Shown here piece by piece: positions 37,475 through 51,067 of a DNA stretch of 64,000 nt. The stretch lies in the NCBI RefSeq assembly GCF_009914755.1, contig NC_060929.1. One strand, 5' to 3'. The notes beneath the pieces were generated by a model. That model did no database searches, had not been told where the DNA came from, and saw nothing but the letters and a program-made list of their open reading frames with translations. This DNA comes from the human T2T-CHM13v2.0 reference genome, Homo sapiens. The translations under genes were made by a program, and so were the position numbers. How positions within the stretch are numbered: position 1 is the first letter of the stretch; each line of letters opens with the position of its first letter.

Positions 37475-40400
37475 GGGGGTATATTTAATCGTGGTAAAAT
37501 ATATTAACATAAATTTACCATTTTAATAATTTTTAAGCATGTAATTTAAGTGGCTTTAATTAGATTCACAATGTTGTGAAGCCATCACTACTATTTATTT
37601 CCAAAACTTTTATTACCCCAAACAGAAACCCTTTAACCATTAAGCAATGATTCCCATTCTCCTTTCCCCCGGCCCCTGGTAATATCTGTTTATTTTCTGT
37701 CTCTATGAATTTACATATTCTAAATACTCCTATAAGTGGAATCATGACAGAGTTTGCTCTTTTGTGTCTGGACTATTTTACTCAGCATGATGTTCTCAGA
37801 GTTCATCCATGTAGTAGCATATATCAGAACTTCATTTGTTATACCTGAATAATATTCCGTTGTATGTATATATCACATTTTGTTTAACCATCAATCCATT
37901 GAGGAACACCTGGTTTGCTTCCACCTTTCGGCTATTGTGAATAATGCTGCTACAAACATGTGTACAGGTATTTCTTTGAGACCCTACTTTAAATTCTTTT
38001 GGGTATATACCCATAAGTGGAATTGTTATATCATATGGTAATTCTATTTTAAGTTTTTGAGGAACCACTCAACTGTTTTCCATAGTGGCTGTGCCATTGC
38101 ACATTTTCACCAACAGTGCATGAGGGTTCCAACTTCTCCATGTCTTAGCTAACACTATTTTCTGGTTTTATTTTTAATAATAGCCTTCTTAATAGGTGTG
38201 AAGTGGTATTTCACTGTGGTTTTGATTTATATTGCTCTTATAAATAGCAATGTTGAGCATATTTTCATTGGCTGTTTGCATATCTTCTTTGGAGAAATGT
38301 CTATTCAAGACTTTGGTCCATTTTCAAAATGGGTTGTATGTTTTTTGTTGTCGAGTTGTATAAGTTTTCTATATATCCTGGATATTAACTCTTTATGAGA
38401 TATATAATTTGCAAATATTTCCTTCTGTTTTGTGGTTTGTCTTTTTACTCTGTTCATAGTGTGCTTTGGTGCACAAAAATTTTAATTTTGAGCAGTCCGG
38501 TTTATCTCTTTTTTGTTTTGTTGCCTGTGCTTTTGGATATCAGATTCAAGAAATCATTGCCCTGTTTTCTTTTGTGAGTTTTATAGTTTCAGGTCTTACA
38601 TTAAAGTATTTAACCCATTTTGAGTTAATTTTTATATATGGTGTTATGTAAAAGTTATACTTCATTATTTTGTTTATGGATATCCAATTTTCCCACAGCC
38701 ATTAGTTGAAAAGACTGTTGAATGGGGAAGCACCCTTGCTGAAAATCATTTGGCCACATACATGAGGGTTTATATGTAGGCTCTCTATTGTATTCCATTG
38801 GTTTATATGTATTTATGCCAGTACCACACAGTTTTGATTACTGTAGCTATGTTGTAAGTTGTGAAATCAGGAAGTGTAAGATCTCCAATTTTGCTCCTTT
38901 TTGTCAAGATTATTTTGGTCATTTGAGGTACCTTGAGTTTTCATATAAATTTGAGAATAGGTTTTCCTATTTCTGCAAAAATATCATTGGGGTTTTGATA
39001 GGTATTGCATTAAATGTGTAGAATTATTTGAGTAGTATTGTCACCTTAACAATATTAAGTCTTCTAATTCATAAACACGAATGTCTTCCCATTTATTTGT
39101 GTGTTCTTTAAAATTTTCAGCAGTATTTTATAGCTTTCAGTGTACAAATCTTTTGTCTCCTTAAATAATTTTAGTCTGAAATATTTCATCATCTTTTGAT
39201 ACTATTGTAATAAAATTGCTTTTTAAATTTGTTTGAATTGTTTGTTGTTAGTGTATAAAAATGCAACTGATTTTTGCGTGTTTTATACCCTGGAACTTTC
39301 CTGATTTTATTTATTAACTCTAACAGTTGTGTTGTGAAGTCTTTAGGGTTTTTCACTTAGAAGATGATATTATCTCTGAACAGGGATTATTTTATTTATT
39401 CCTTTTCAATTTGGATGCCTTTTATTTCTTTTTCTTACTCTGGCTAGAATTTCCAATAGTATGTTGAACAGAAGTGGTAGAAGTGGGCATCTTGCCTTGT
39501 TTCTGATCTTAGGGAAAAGTTTCAGACTTTCACCAATGTTTATGATGGTAGCTGTAGGATTTTCATATGTAACCTTTATTACATTGAGGAAGTTTTCTTA
39601 TATTCTGTTTGTTGAGTATTTTTTTAATCATGAAAGGGTATAGAATTTCATCAAATGCTTTTTCCTGTATTAATTGAGATGATCACATGTTTTTTCCCTT
39701 TATTCTGTTAATGTGGTGTGCTACTTGATTGATTTTCATATGGTAAACAGCCTCCTTGTATTCCAAGGATAAAACCCAGTTGGTCATGGTATAATCTTTT
39801 TATTGTACTAAAGTACTTGGTTTACTAGTATTTTGTTGAGAAATTTTGTATCAATATTCATTAAGAACACTGCTCTGTAGTTTTCTTTCTGCTTTTTGGT
39901 ATCAGGATAACTCTGCCCTCATATAATGAGTCAGGAAATATTCCCTCTTCTAATATTTTTGCAAGAGTTTAAGAAGAATTGGTGTTAATTCTGCCTTAAA
40001 TATTTGGTAGAATTCACTAGAAAAGCCATTTGGTCATGGGCATTTCTTTGTTTGAAGGTTAATTAATTTAATCTTCTTACTAATTATGTCTATTCAGATT
40101 TTTATTTCTTTATGATTCAGTCTTGGTAGATTGTGTGTTTCTAGGAATTTGTCCGTTTCATCCAAGTCATCCAATATCTTAGTCTCATAATACTCTCTTA
40201 TGTTTCAACATTTATTTTGAATTTTAGTAATCTGAGACTGCTCTTTTTTTCATAGCCAATTAGCTAAAGATTTGTCAATTTTGTCGATCTTTTCAAAGAA
40301 CTAATTTTTTGTTTCATTGATTTTCTTTAGTTTTCTGTTTGTCTATTGTGTTTGGTAACATTTTTTTCTTTTTCTTTTTCTTTTTTTATTTTTATTTATT

Positions 40401-43134
40401 TATTTATTTTTTGAGACAGAGTCTTATCTGTCACCCAGGCTGGAGTTCAGGGGCACAATCACAGCTCACTGCAACCTTGACCTCCCAGGCTCAGGGGATT
40501 CTCCCACCTTAGCATCCTGAGTAGCTGGGACTACAGGTACATGCCACCATGCCCTGCTAATTTTTGTAGTTTTTGTAAAGATGGGGTTTTACCATGTTGC
40601 CCAGGCTGCTCTTGAACTCCTGGGCTCAAGTGATCTGCCCACCTCAGCCTCCCAAAGTGTTGCGATTACAGGCACGAGCCACCATGTCTGACTGATTACA
40701 ATTTTTTACTTAAAGTCTATTTCATCTGGTATTAGTATAGCCACTCCTGTTGTCTTTGGTTTGTATTTGCACAAAATATCTTTTTATGTCCTTTCACTTT
40801 CAACATATGCTTGTCTTTATCTCGAGTGTCTTCCAGACAGAATATAGTTGAATTTTAAAAAAATCCATTCTGTCAATCTATGTCTCTTGATTGGGGAGCT
40901 TAATTTATTTACATTTAAAGTAATTATTATAAGGAAGAACTGACTATAGCCATTTTATTATTTGTTTCCTGCATGTCTTCTAGCTTTTTTGTCCTTCATT
41001 TCTTCTTGTACTTCCTTCCTTTGTGTTTAGTTGATTTTTATAATGACACTTTTGATTTCCTTCTCATTTTCTTTTGCATATATTTTATAGATATTTTCTT
41101 TGTGGTAACCATGGGTATTACAAGTAACATCAGAAGGTTATACAAATCTATTTTAAACTAATACCAACTTAACTTCAATCACATACAAAAACTACTCCTT
41201 CATAGCTTTATGCTTCCCTTTATGTTATTTGTCACTGATTACATCTTTGTATATATACTGTACTTATTAACATAGATTTATAAAGATTTTTATGCCTTTG
41301 CTTTTTGAATCTTGCAGAAGCATAAAAAGTAGAGTTATGAACCAAGATTACATTAATAATGGTTTAACATTTGTCCATGTATTAATCTTTACAAGAACTT
41401 TATAGGTTCATATGGCTTTGAATTGCTCTCTAATGTCCCCTAATTTCAACTTGAAGGACTCCCTTTGGTATTTCTTGTAAGGCAGTTCTAATTGTAATGA
41501 ACTCCCTCAATGTTTGTTTATCTGGGATATCTTTGGCTCACATTTTTGAACAACAGTTTTGCCAGATATAGAATTCTCACTTGACAGTTTTTTTTCTTTC
41601 AGTATTTTATATCATTTTACTGCCTTCTTGTCTGCAAGATTTCTGCTGAAATATTAACTGCTGAGGTCATTGAAGATCCTTTGTTTTGTTACTTTTCTCT
41701 TCCTGCTTTCACAATTCTATCTTTTCTTTGGCATTCAATAGTTTGATTATAATGTGCCTTTGGATAGGGTTTGTCTTCTTTGGGGTTTGCTGAGCTTCTT
41801 GTATTTGAATATCCTTGTATTTCTTCATATTTGTAAGTTTTTCATCATTATTGCTTCAAATACATTATCTGTTTCTCTTTTTCTCTCTTCTTTTTTGACC
41901 CCTATAAGATGTACTAAGTCCACTTGACGGTGTCCCATAAGTCCTTTAGGCTACCATCACTTTTTAAAATTTGTTTTCCTTTTATTTCTCAGACTAAATA
42001 ATTTCAAATAAACTCTCTTCAAGAGCACTGATTTTTTCTTCTGCCTGTTAGAGTCTTATGTTGAACACCTCTAGTGACTTTTAAAAATCAGTTAGTTATT
42101 ATGTTTTTCAGCTGTAGAATTTCTATTTGGTTCTTTATAAATTTTCTTTGTTAATATACTATTTTTTTTAATAAATCATTTCATAGTTTCCTTTAATTCT
42201 TTGTCTATGTTTTCCTTTAGCTCTTTGAGCATATTTAAGATAAGTATTTAAATGTGTTTGTCAAGTAAGTCCAATGCCTATGTTTCTTCAGGGATGGCTT
42301 CTGTAGATTTACTTTGTTTCACAAAACGGGCCTTTTTCTGTTTTTCTGCATGCCTTTGAGCTTTTGTTGAAAAGTAGGCATTTGTTAAAAATGGCCACCT
42401 ATTCCAATCTTTGCAGGCTAGCTCTGGGCAGGGGAAACCCTTCACAAGTCATTCCAACAAAAAAACTTAAGGTCTTCTTAGGCCTTTTTAGGCTTATGTC
42501 CCTGAGCTTGTGTTGGTGCTTTTTCCAATTCCTCTCTATGCATGGCTGCTTTTAAATGCCTTAATTTCCCCAAGAGTCTCACTCGTGCTGTCACCTCAGC
42601 CTTAGCTGTCCTGTTTAATCTTTCAATCAGTAATCTCTTACTTCAGGCATCTAAGGGTCTGTAGTTATTTTTTTTCTTTGTTTGCAGTTTTAATAAGCTA
42701 TGCCTTCTGCTTAACATGACTTTCCATGGCTTGACATCCCAGCCACTTCTGGGTGTCTGAACTCCAAGTGAGGTGACATAGACACAAATCTCTCAGGTAG
42801 CTTATAGACAGGTTAGAACATTGCAAATTTGCTCCATTCTGCTCTTGCTGGTGGAAGGTAACTGGGGATCAAGCCACCACTTCACCCAAACTGTGCTGTG
42901 CCATGCCAGCTAAGAGGTGGAACAAGGACAAGTAAAATACCACCAAATGTCTTACCATTTTGGAGTGGTTTTTTCTTGATTGAGCATTTGCTTGGTTGCC
43001 ATAGATCTTTGATTAAATTTCCAGAGCTCCTATAAAATTATTTTAATCAACTTCTAGTTATTTGCTTAATGTTTTCATGAAGGAACAATGGCCGGGAACT
43101 TCCTCGTTTGCCATCTTGCTGATATCACCCTCCC
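37475..43134 (-). mobile_element. L1MB-like LINE with both ends present and internal deletions
   Basis: 3' UTR GTGGTAAAATATATTAACATAAATTTACCATTTT at left; decayed ORF2 and ORF1; 5' terminus GCCATCTTGCTGATATCACCCTCCC at right; possible TSD ACTTTTTTT (37466, 43135). Confidence 0.9.
40361..40693 (-). mobile_element. AluJ inserted in the L1MB
   Basis: T-rich/(TTTA)n tail, CACAATCACAGCTCACTGCAACCTTGACCTCCCAGGCTCA ... CCTGGGCTCAAGTGATC. Confidence 0.95.
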
Positions 43135-44329
43135 ACTTTTTTTTTTTTTTTTTTTTTAATACAATGGAAACTTGGATCAAAACATGTGGTATCTGAGAAA
43201 TGATGTTCTTGTCAAAATGAACTCTCAGCTGGTCTAAGAACTAAAATGGATGCTCAGCATATCAGTGGGACACTGAAATTCCTATTTTGAATTGTTACTA
43301 TGTATTTCCATAGGAGCCTCTGAGAACTGGAAGGGCAAGGGCAAATAGTCTGAAGAAGACTTTCTTTGTCAGGCATTATATTTTCCCAATTAACATTTCC
43401 TGCAGACTTCCTGTTAAAAATCGGAAGATTAGACAAAGTTGGCTGACATTGTAATTGTCCCCCTGACCTTTCTCTAAACACAGGAAGTAGGACCATCAGT
43501 TCAGATTTACATCAATTTATAAACCAGAGTGGATTACTGCTTACTAGGTGTATTGCAGAGGAATTAACTTTTAATTGAGGTGACCCAAAAAGGGAAGCTG
43601 TTTCAGCAGAGACCTCTGCTCCAAGATATTGGCTTTTAATGACCAATTGCCTTTCATGCCAACTCACTAGAAGTTGTTAGGTTCCAGAATCTTTTACTCA
43701 CCTCTTATGCTGGAGAGTAAACTCAAGAGAGAGGATAAACACTAATTAAATTTGCTTTTGTGACAGGGAACTGAGAATGTCATAAGTCTGCTGAAGAATG
43801 TCAGAAAGGGAAGAAAACATTGTGTGTTGTTAAATAATGGAACATTGAAGCAATTAAGCTCTTGACCTTGAAATTCCCTTATTACAGAATAGCTTCTATC
43901 GCTAGAGCTCATAAAATGACTGAGGACACAGGTTTATTAGAAATGATAACCACTGATTATAATTGTTGTATGCCTTACATTTCTCCTGTTTTTGGACAGT
44001 TGGTCTCTCCCACTTGCATTTGTGGATTTTGCTAAAACCGACACCCACAGAGTGGCCCATTTAAAAATTGAAAAGTAAATTTTAAAAATTGTTTCTATAT
44101 TTATCAATCCATCTTCTATTTTTCTAGGGTACTTAATAAGCATGTGTCATTTTGATGAAGTCAAGGAACTATTTTCTTGTAGATTTAAGGAAATCTTTCC
44201 CACTATTTTATAGTTGCCACCCATGTAGTAGGACCATCAAATAATGACTGCTCATGCTTAAGGAAGAAAAGGAAGACTTATTACATTTGAAACAGTCTAA
44301 ACAAATAATGATAAGATTATTTAAATTCT

Positions 44330-44619
44330 TATAAAACATTTGTATAAAGTTGTGGGGTACAAACATGCATACATTGTGTAGTGGTGAAGTCAGGGCTTTT
44401 AGGTTATCCATCACAGGCAGAACATACTTTGTACCCATTAAGTAATTTCTCATCATCCACTCCTCCCACCCTCCCTCCCACACGTATCTCCTCTGAGTCT
44501 CCACTGTTTCTTTCTCATTCCACACTCTATGTCCATGTCTACACATTATTTTGCTCCCACTTATGAGAACATGTAGTATTTATCTTTCCGTATCTCAGTT
44601 GTTTCACTTAAGATAATGG
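44330..44619 (-). mobile_element. 5'-truncated L1MA2/3-like 3' UTR
   Basis: GTAGTGGTGAAGTCAGGGCTTTTAG ... GTACCCATTAAGTAATTTCTCATC ... CACTTAAGATAATGG; TSD GATTA(T/C)TTAAATTCT at 44315 and 44619. Confidence 0.9.
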
Positions 44620-45796
44620 ATTACTTAAATTCTAATTATGTTCTTATACTAACCCTTATGTAATTAAATAAAGTAAAGAATCACACAAATTGGCATGAGA
44701 ACTGCCTACTAAGTGAAACACTGATAAATATACTCATTAAACAAACAAGGAGGTACTATGTATAAATATAAATGGGTATGATCTTGCTTTGACACCCTTC
44801 TAATTAAATATGATGTTTTTCTTCTCATGAATGCTTATTTTCTCAGATAAGAAAGAAGTAGATAGAATAAAGAAGGAAGTATACCAAATAATTTCTTTAT
44901 TTTTTAATGAGCTTGTAAAATTGAAATTTCAAAGTGCTATATATTTGTCACAGTGAGGTACATTCTGAATCACAAACAGAATTTTCATTGGAAATCTTTT
45001 TTAAAAAAACTACCACATGGATAAAAATAAATGTCCTTTTGCGTCAGTCATGGCAATAACAATTCAGGATTATAATCAGAAATCTCTTTGTTTGAAAGGA
45101 GCCCTGAACACATGCCGACGTTGGCAGATAGAAAGCATCGGGAGTGTCAGTTTCAGGACGAGCTGTATTAACCCCACCCACCACTTGAAAAATTATTTTG
45201 ATATTACGAAGAGCAAGCCGTTTTCACTGGTGAACACAGTCATCACTGCAATAGCTAAACATACATGGAACACATCAGAGTGGAAAAATAAACATCGATT
45301 TCCTTGCTAAAGTCAGTAAGTCTGTCTATTCCATTTTGTAAAGGGAAGTCAGTGACCTTTAGTAGGGAGTGTCTCATGCACAATTATAACACTTCTTTCT
45401 TTAAATCTTATATCCTAAACTCTTAGGTTTGAAAAAGGTAACATTTGTAAAAATGAAACTGCTTTGAAAGTCTACTAGTGTCTTGAAACCCAGGGACATC
45501 AGAAGACTCAGAAGTGAATTTTCGACAGTAGCAAGAGCAAACATGTTTGAGTATTGGTAGATTCAATCTCTCCCACCTCCCCTCTCCAGGCAGGTTCCTG
45601 GGGTTGGGAATGAGGAAGACTTGTAATCCAAACACATATTTGCTTCCCCAAAAAGTTTTTGTAACAAGATTCCCAAGCTCTGTTGATTATAGTTTCTGTT
45701 AAAGAAAATTTATCTTTAATTAATAAATCTTTGTAGTTTTCTACTAATACTCAGATCCAAGCACCCTGAGAATTTTTCTTATTTCTTTCTTTGAAG

Positions 45797-45864
45797 CTTG
45801 GTGTTTTGCTCCTCGTATTCAGGGAAGCAATGTAGGAAAGGCAATGCTGTTTTACAGGTCCCAG
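45797..45864 (+). other. Candidate 68-nt (probably non-coding) exon
   Basis: Pyrimidine tract TTTTTCTTATTTCTTTCTTTGAAG, upstream branch-like CTACTAAT, consensus donor CAG|GTGAGT; signals only, no transcript evidence. Confidence 0.25.
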
Positions 45865-47136
45865 GTGAGTTATTTTAAACCAAGAAGGTTATGTGCAGGA
45901 AACCCCCTAGTGGGAACTTTTACTTGGATGTTGCATGGGCTTTGATCTCTTTCCTCACTGCTCAGCACAGGGAGAGGCTGCTCCCAGCTCCTGCTGACCC
46001 AGCTATGTTCTCAGCCATAGTACTATTTTGATACCTGTGGTTTTCTTGTTCTCGTGAGATAATGTGCTTGCTGGTGGGAAGGGTGAAGGAGCAGGAGTTT
46101 TGCTTGAGGTATGAGATTGGAATGTGAAGTCTAGAAGTGAAGACAGAAATGAAGTCTAAAAGTCAATAAATATCAGAAACAAGTTTCAATTCTTCTATCC
46201 AGGAGTCTGTCTTCTGCGGAAAATTCAGACCATAGTAAGCAAAGCCCCACAGCTCAATATAATAGAATGGTAGTTAGTAACATTAGATGTATTTGAATAA
46301 TTAAATTTGTTTAAATTTAACTACTCAATCAAGCCTTTGAAAAGATTTTAGAATACCTATATGTCTATTTGTACATCTATCTATCCATTTGTAAGGTTCA
46401 AACCTGTCTTAAGACTGTATTACTGAAATGTAATAAATAGAGCTAGATGAACTCACATAAAATCATGACAGGAAATCTTTTTTTATAGTTAAGTAATATC
46501 TTCAGCTCTTGTTTATACATGGTTGACTTGGAGTGAGTTTTCTCAGTGTTGCAACCTGGGGCAGTTAATAAGGGCCAAATGGGGACAGAAATCCTGCTCA
46601 AGAGGAAAGGGGAGATTTCTTAATTACTTCCAGTGCCCAGGAAGAGTTATGAAAACTGGAGAATGGAAGATAAGATGGTCACCTCACGTGAAGATGAATG
46701 GCTTCTTGGAGGCAGAGAGAAGATGGTTTCTCTTTGGTTTCATTTGTGTAAGTTGGTAATACATTATTTTCAGAATAATTTTCAAAATAATGTCATATAC
46801 CACTGCAGTGATTTCTAGAAACCACAGCTTCAGTTAGCTATCTTTTGAACACATTCATGGCTCTGCTGACTTTGCAACTCTGGAAATTCATTCGCACAAG
46901 AAAGTGTCTTTGAAGGGGATATTGGAAACCTCTGGTTACATAATGTAATATGGGAAGAAGAATGCAAAGCTGTTTGTTAAATACATATTTTTTGGCCTCA
47001 GGAAAGTTTGTTAGAAGTAGGATTTTATGTACCAAGTTGATTGAAGTTTTTTTTTCACTGGCAATAAGCAATGTTTAAGTGTTTAGCTTGTCTTAGAATT
47101 TCTAACATTAATTTTGAATTCAGTTCTCTTCGGTTG

Positions 47137-47260
47137 TTCAGTCGTTCATTCTTTCTTTTTCATGTATTCCTCAAGCATGCCTATCACACTGTTCCCTTGG
47201 ATAGAACAAAGAAGACCATCCTAGACCATTGGGCTTTTGAGGAACTCAATGTGCAGTATG
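47137..47260 (-). mobile_element. L2 3' end fragment
   Basis: TTCATTCTTTC...TATTCCTCAAGCATGCCTA ... GAGGAACTCAATGTGCAGT. Confidence 0.5.
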
Positions 47261-48699
47261 TTTGCCAATAAATGATTTATCATAATATATATATGAATAA
47301 TAATAAAAGGGTTTGACGTACACATTTAATACCAGAAAAATTAGCACAGCAAATCAAGAGGGAAATGAAAATACAAATTAATCCTAAAGCATGTACTAGC
47401 TTGGAGATTTTTGAAGGCCAAAAAAATTTTTATTTTGAATTCCCCAGTGCAACTGGAGTATGTTTGGTGGGTATTCAACTGATGCTTGTTGAATTAATTC
47501 AACACAATAAAACGTTAAAAGGCAACAGGCCATAAATTGCTGTCTCGTATGCTTGTTGTTGGGACATATTGAATTCAGAATGTTTTGACAGAAGGTTAAG
47601 CTCTGTATCATTCTTCTGTTTCCATTCTCCATCTATTTTCAGCTATTTTCATTACATTACCCACATCTCTCAAGAGTTCAATTCTTTCTGCTTTTGTTTC
47701 ATTATTCTAGACAGGTTTTTGTGCTTTAGAAATGCTCAGCAGAGTACTTTTTAATTCACTGTTTTTCAAGTAAGATTAATTTTCACATTTCCCACAGGTT
47801 TAGTCTTTAATCTGCTATATTATAGGACTAGAAAAACATAGCAACAATGAGTAGATGAGGTTTTGAATTTCAAGACGCGGAGCCAAGTTGATGGTACAAC
47901 AGAAGGGAAAAATATATCTTTCTCACACACAGAAACATCAGTAATGTGTTTTGTGGAAACTTTTAGGTAGCTAGATCCCAAATTTAAACCAAAAACAAAA
48001 AAGTAAGCAAGCTAGGGAATCTATGAATAAGTAAGCAGAGGAAATCAGGCTCTTCCATTCTCAGTGGGTTTGTCTGATCTATATATTTCCTCCAATTTTA
48101 GGCCCAAATTTCCCCAGAAAGGCATTTTTAAAAAATTGTATAAGCCACAGTGACTTAACTCTTCAACACCGTTATGTTTGTAACTTGGCAAATGATCATC
48201 TCCAGCTCTTTGGAGAGGGTTGTTAAAATTCATCTTTTAAAGAAACCACTTAATTGGCTCATTCTAGGAAAAGCAACAACGCTTTTTAGTGTAATGAGTT
48301 ACCTTAGGGACTTTATTATATTTCTACTGCATAGAACTCAATCTGAAAGGTTTAAATATAGTTCTTTACACCAAAGAAAATGCCTTAAACACAGCATTTT
48401 CTTTTATTAATGCTAAGTGATTGAGAATAGGTGATTGGTCTTTTTGATAATGGATGAATTACAAGATTAAAGAAAAGTGTCTAAGTAGAATAGCAAATAC
48501 AGTCAAGTTAAATAGGAACGGGGCCAGAGTTGTGAACACGGTCTTACGGAGGGACATTCTGAACTCTGGACTTTTGTTTCTGAGAAAGCTCTTTTTGTCA
48601 TGACCATTTATATCATTCAGCCACTTTTTCTCCTTGTCTAAAGGAGCATGCACCTCAGTGTCGTCTGCCATGCTCTATAGCTACTGGCTTATATCATTG

Positions 48700-49990
48700 C
48701 TTCTTCCTTTCACTCAAAAAATTCCTCAGAACTCTCTACTTCATCATCCTCTATTCACTCTCAATCCATTATAGTCTGACTTTTGCTTTCACTTTCACCC
48801 ACACATTCATTTCTAGAAAAATAGTAGTAAAGAGTTTTTTTAAAGAATTGTGTTTTTTCCCTTTAAGATGGGTGAATTCATCTTAGGAAGTAACTAGTTT
48901 TAAATAGTTTTGAATTTTGAACAATTGCCTATCCACTGATGTCAATTTAAGGAGAAAATGGCTCTTTAATTTTTAAATAAAGAAGAAAGAAGCTTCTGCA
49001 GAATGAAGAAAATGTCAGGCCTTGGACTTTGACTTAGAAAACCAGCCATGGTATTGCAGAGAAACGACATAAGTTTATTGAGAATGTTAGATCTCTTTGG
49101 CAAAGCTTGGAAGAGAGAGAATGAAAAGCAATCATCTGACAGCTTATTCCCAGAGCTCACCTTACCTAGCATTTCTGCAATTTTCCACACTCTTGTCCCT
49201 AACTATTTCTGGTAGCCTTCTCCCACTCATCCTCACCCTCACTGACTTTCTTACAGTGTAATTTTATGGTTTTCCACCTGCTCCTTCTCAGTCACCTTCT
49301 TGGCTCAATAACTGTTGAGATGTTATTATTCCCCAGTCACTCTTTCCAGACCTGGGCCCTCCTCTGAGCTCAAGACCTGTGTTTCCATTTTCTCCATGCA
49401 AATCTCAACTTGCCCGTCTTTTAGGGACTTTATATTAACAGATTCTAACTAATATTTTACTCCTTTCACCTTTCCTGCCCAAACCTGTGTCTCCTGCTGC
49501 GTAAATTGCCCCACATAATGGAATTGTGTTGCCTCAACACTCTCATTCTCCATACCCAGTCACCCCCAAATCCACTGTCAGATCTTCTTCAGAAATAGCT
49601 GTCCAGTCTCTTTCCTCTTATCCACTCACCACCTGTTACCACTCACCAGCTGTCACCGGCATGTTCAAATAGTCTCTTGCCTAAGCCCTCTATTCCTAGT
49701 CTCTTTTTATTCCAACCCTCCTCTAAACATTCTAGAGTGGCTTTCAGGTACTCCAAATCTTAAAATAAAGTGGAAACTTTTAACTTGTCATATAAGAACT
49801 TTCAAGATCTGGCTCTAGTCTAGTTGGCCAGCTTCATCTTCTACAGGATCTTCCTCAGCACCAGTCAAGCATCTTTTGTGATTTCTTGTCAGATCTTCTA
49901 CTTTGAAAGACCTCATTAAATACTACTTATTCAAAAAATGCAGATGGAATGTATATCCTGTTGATGCCCTCCCTCAATCTTCATTCATTC
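48700..49990 (+). mobile_element. Fragmented L2
   Basis: TTCACTCTCAATCCATTATAGTCTGACTTTTGC; CCTCCTCTGAGCTCAAGACCTG; TTCAAGATCTGGCTCT. Confidence 0.6.
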
Positions 49991-50705
49991 CAAAGGGGTT
50001 GGTCCATACCTCTGTTACAAGAGTATAGAAGGTGCTCAGTACATTCCCTCTGCAGCTCAAGGAGCCCTAGATTTGTTACCATATATAGAAAAATTATAGT
50101 TGTATATATTTATAGGGTCCCTGGATTTAAAATCCATTGATTTGGCATAGCTTCCTGGCTTACCTGTTTGTTATATGACCATGGATAGGACATGTAAATA
50201 GATATAATAATAAACCACCTGATGAATTTGTGAGAGTTAAATAAAAAAAAAAGTATATGAAATGACTTTGTAGATCATAGTATTTTGTAAAAATACATTT
50301 TTGTTCACTGTCCACAAAAGTTGATCTGGAATAAATCTGATGCTTCACATCCATTTAAGAATAAGAAAACAGAACAAGTTAACTTTATGATGGTTAGAGA
50401 TGTATGTCTTTCCCTCACTCCTGATTTCTATGAAGAGAGATTTTCTTGGTTTCTTTCAATGTCTTTACTCTCTCTAACTGAGGATATGGAATAAATTACC
50501 TGATGGATGAATGTCAGAATAATAGCTGGTGTGCATTCTAAGCTTAGCTTCACCATTCTTTGTTTTGAGAGCTGTCTTCACAGATCGGAAGAGTTTTCTT
50601 CTGCTTCCCCTCTGTAGAGGATGAAATATGTGGAGGAAAACGTGTCCACTTGGTCAGCAGACCTAAAGCTTTGTCCACCAACCTGGATTTTATCTGTTAT
50701 GCTGG

Positions 50706-51067
50706 TAATATAGTTTGGATTTGTGTCCCCACCCAAATTGCAGGTCAAATTGGAATAGGGACCTGGTTGGAGGCAATTGGGTTATGAGGGTGGATTTTCC
50801 CCTTGCTGTACTCACAATAGTGAGTGAGTTCTTACAAAATCTGATCATTTAAAAGTATGTAGTGCTTCCCCCTGCTCTCTCTCTCCTGCTGCCATGTGAA
50901 GAAGGTCTTTGCTTCCCCTTCACCTTCTGCCATAATTGTCAGTTTTGTGAAGCCTTCCAGTCATGCTTCCTGTTAAGCATGCAGAACTGTGAGTCAATTA
51001 AATCTCTTTTCTTAAATTACCCAGTCTCAGGTAGTGTTTTATAGCAGTGTGAGAATGGACTAATGCA
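50706..51067 (+). mobile_element. MSTA/THE1D-like MaLR 5' LTR
   Basis: TAATATAGTTTGGATTTGTGTCCCCACCCAAAT ... ATGCTTCCTGTTAAGCATGCAGAACTGTGAGTCAATTAAA ... GGACTAATGCA. Confidence 0.9.
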
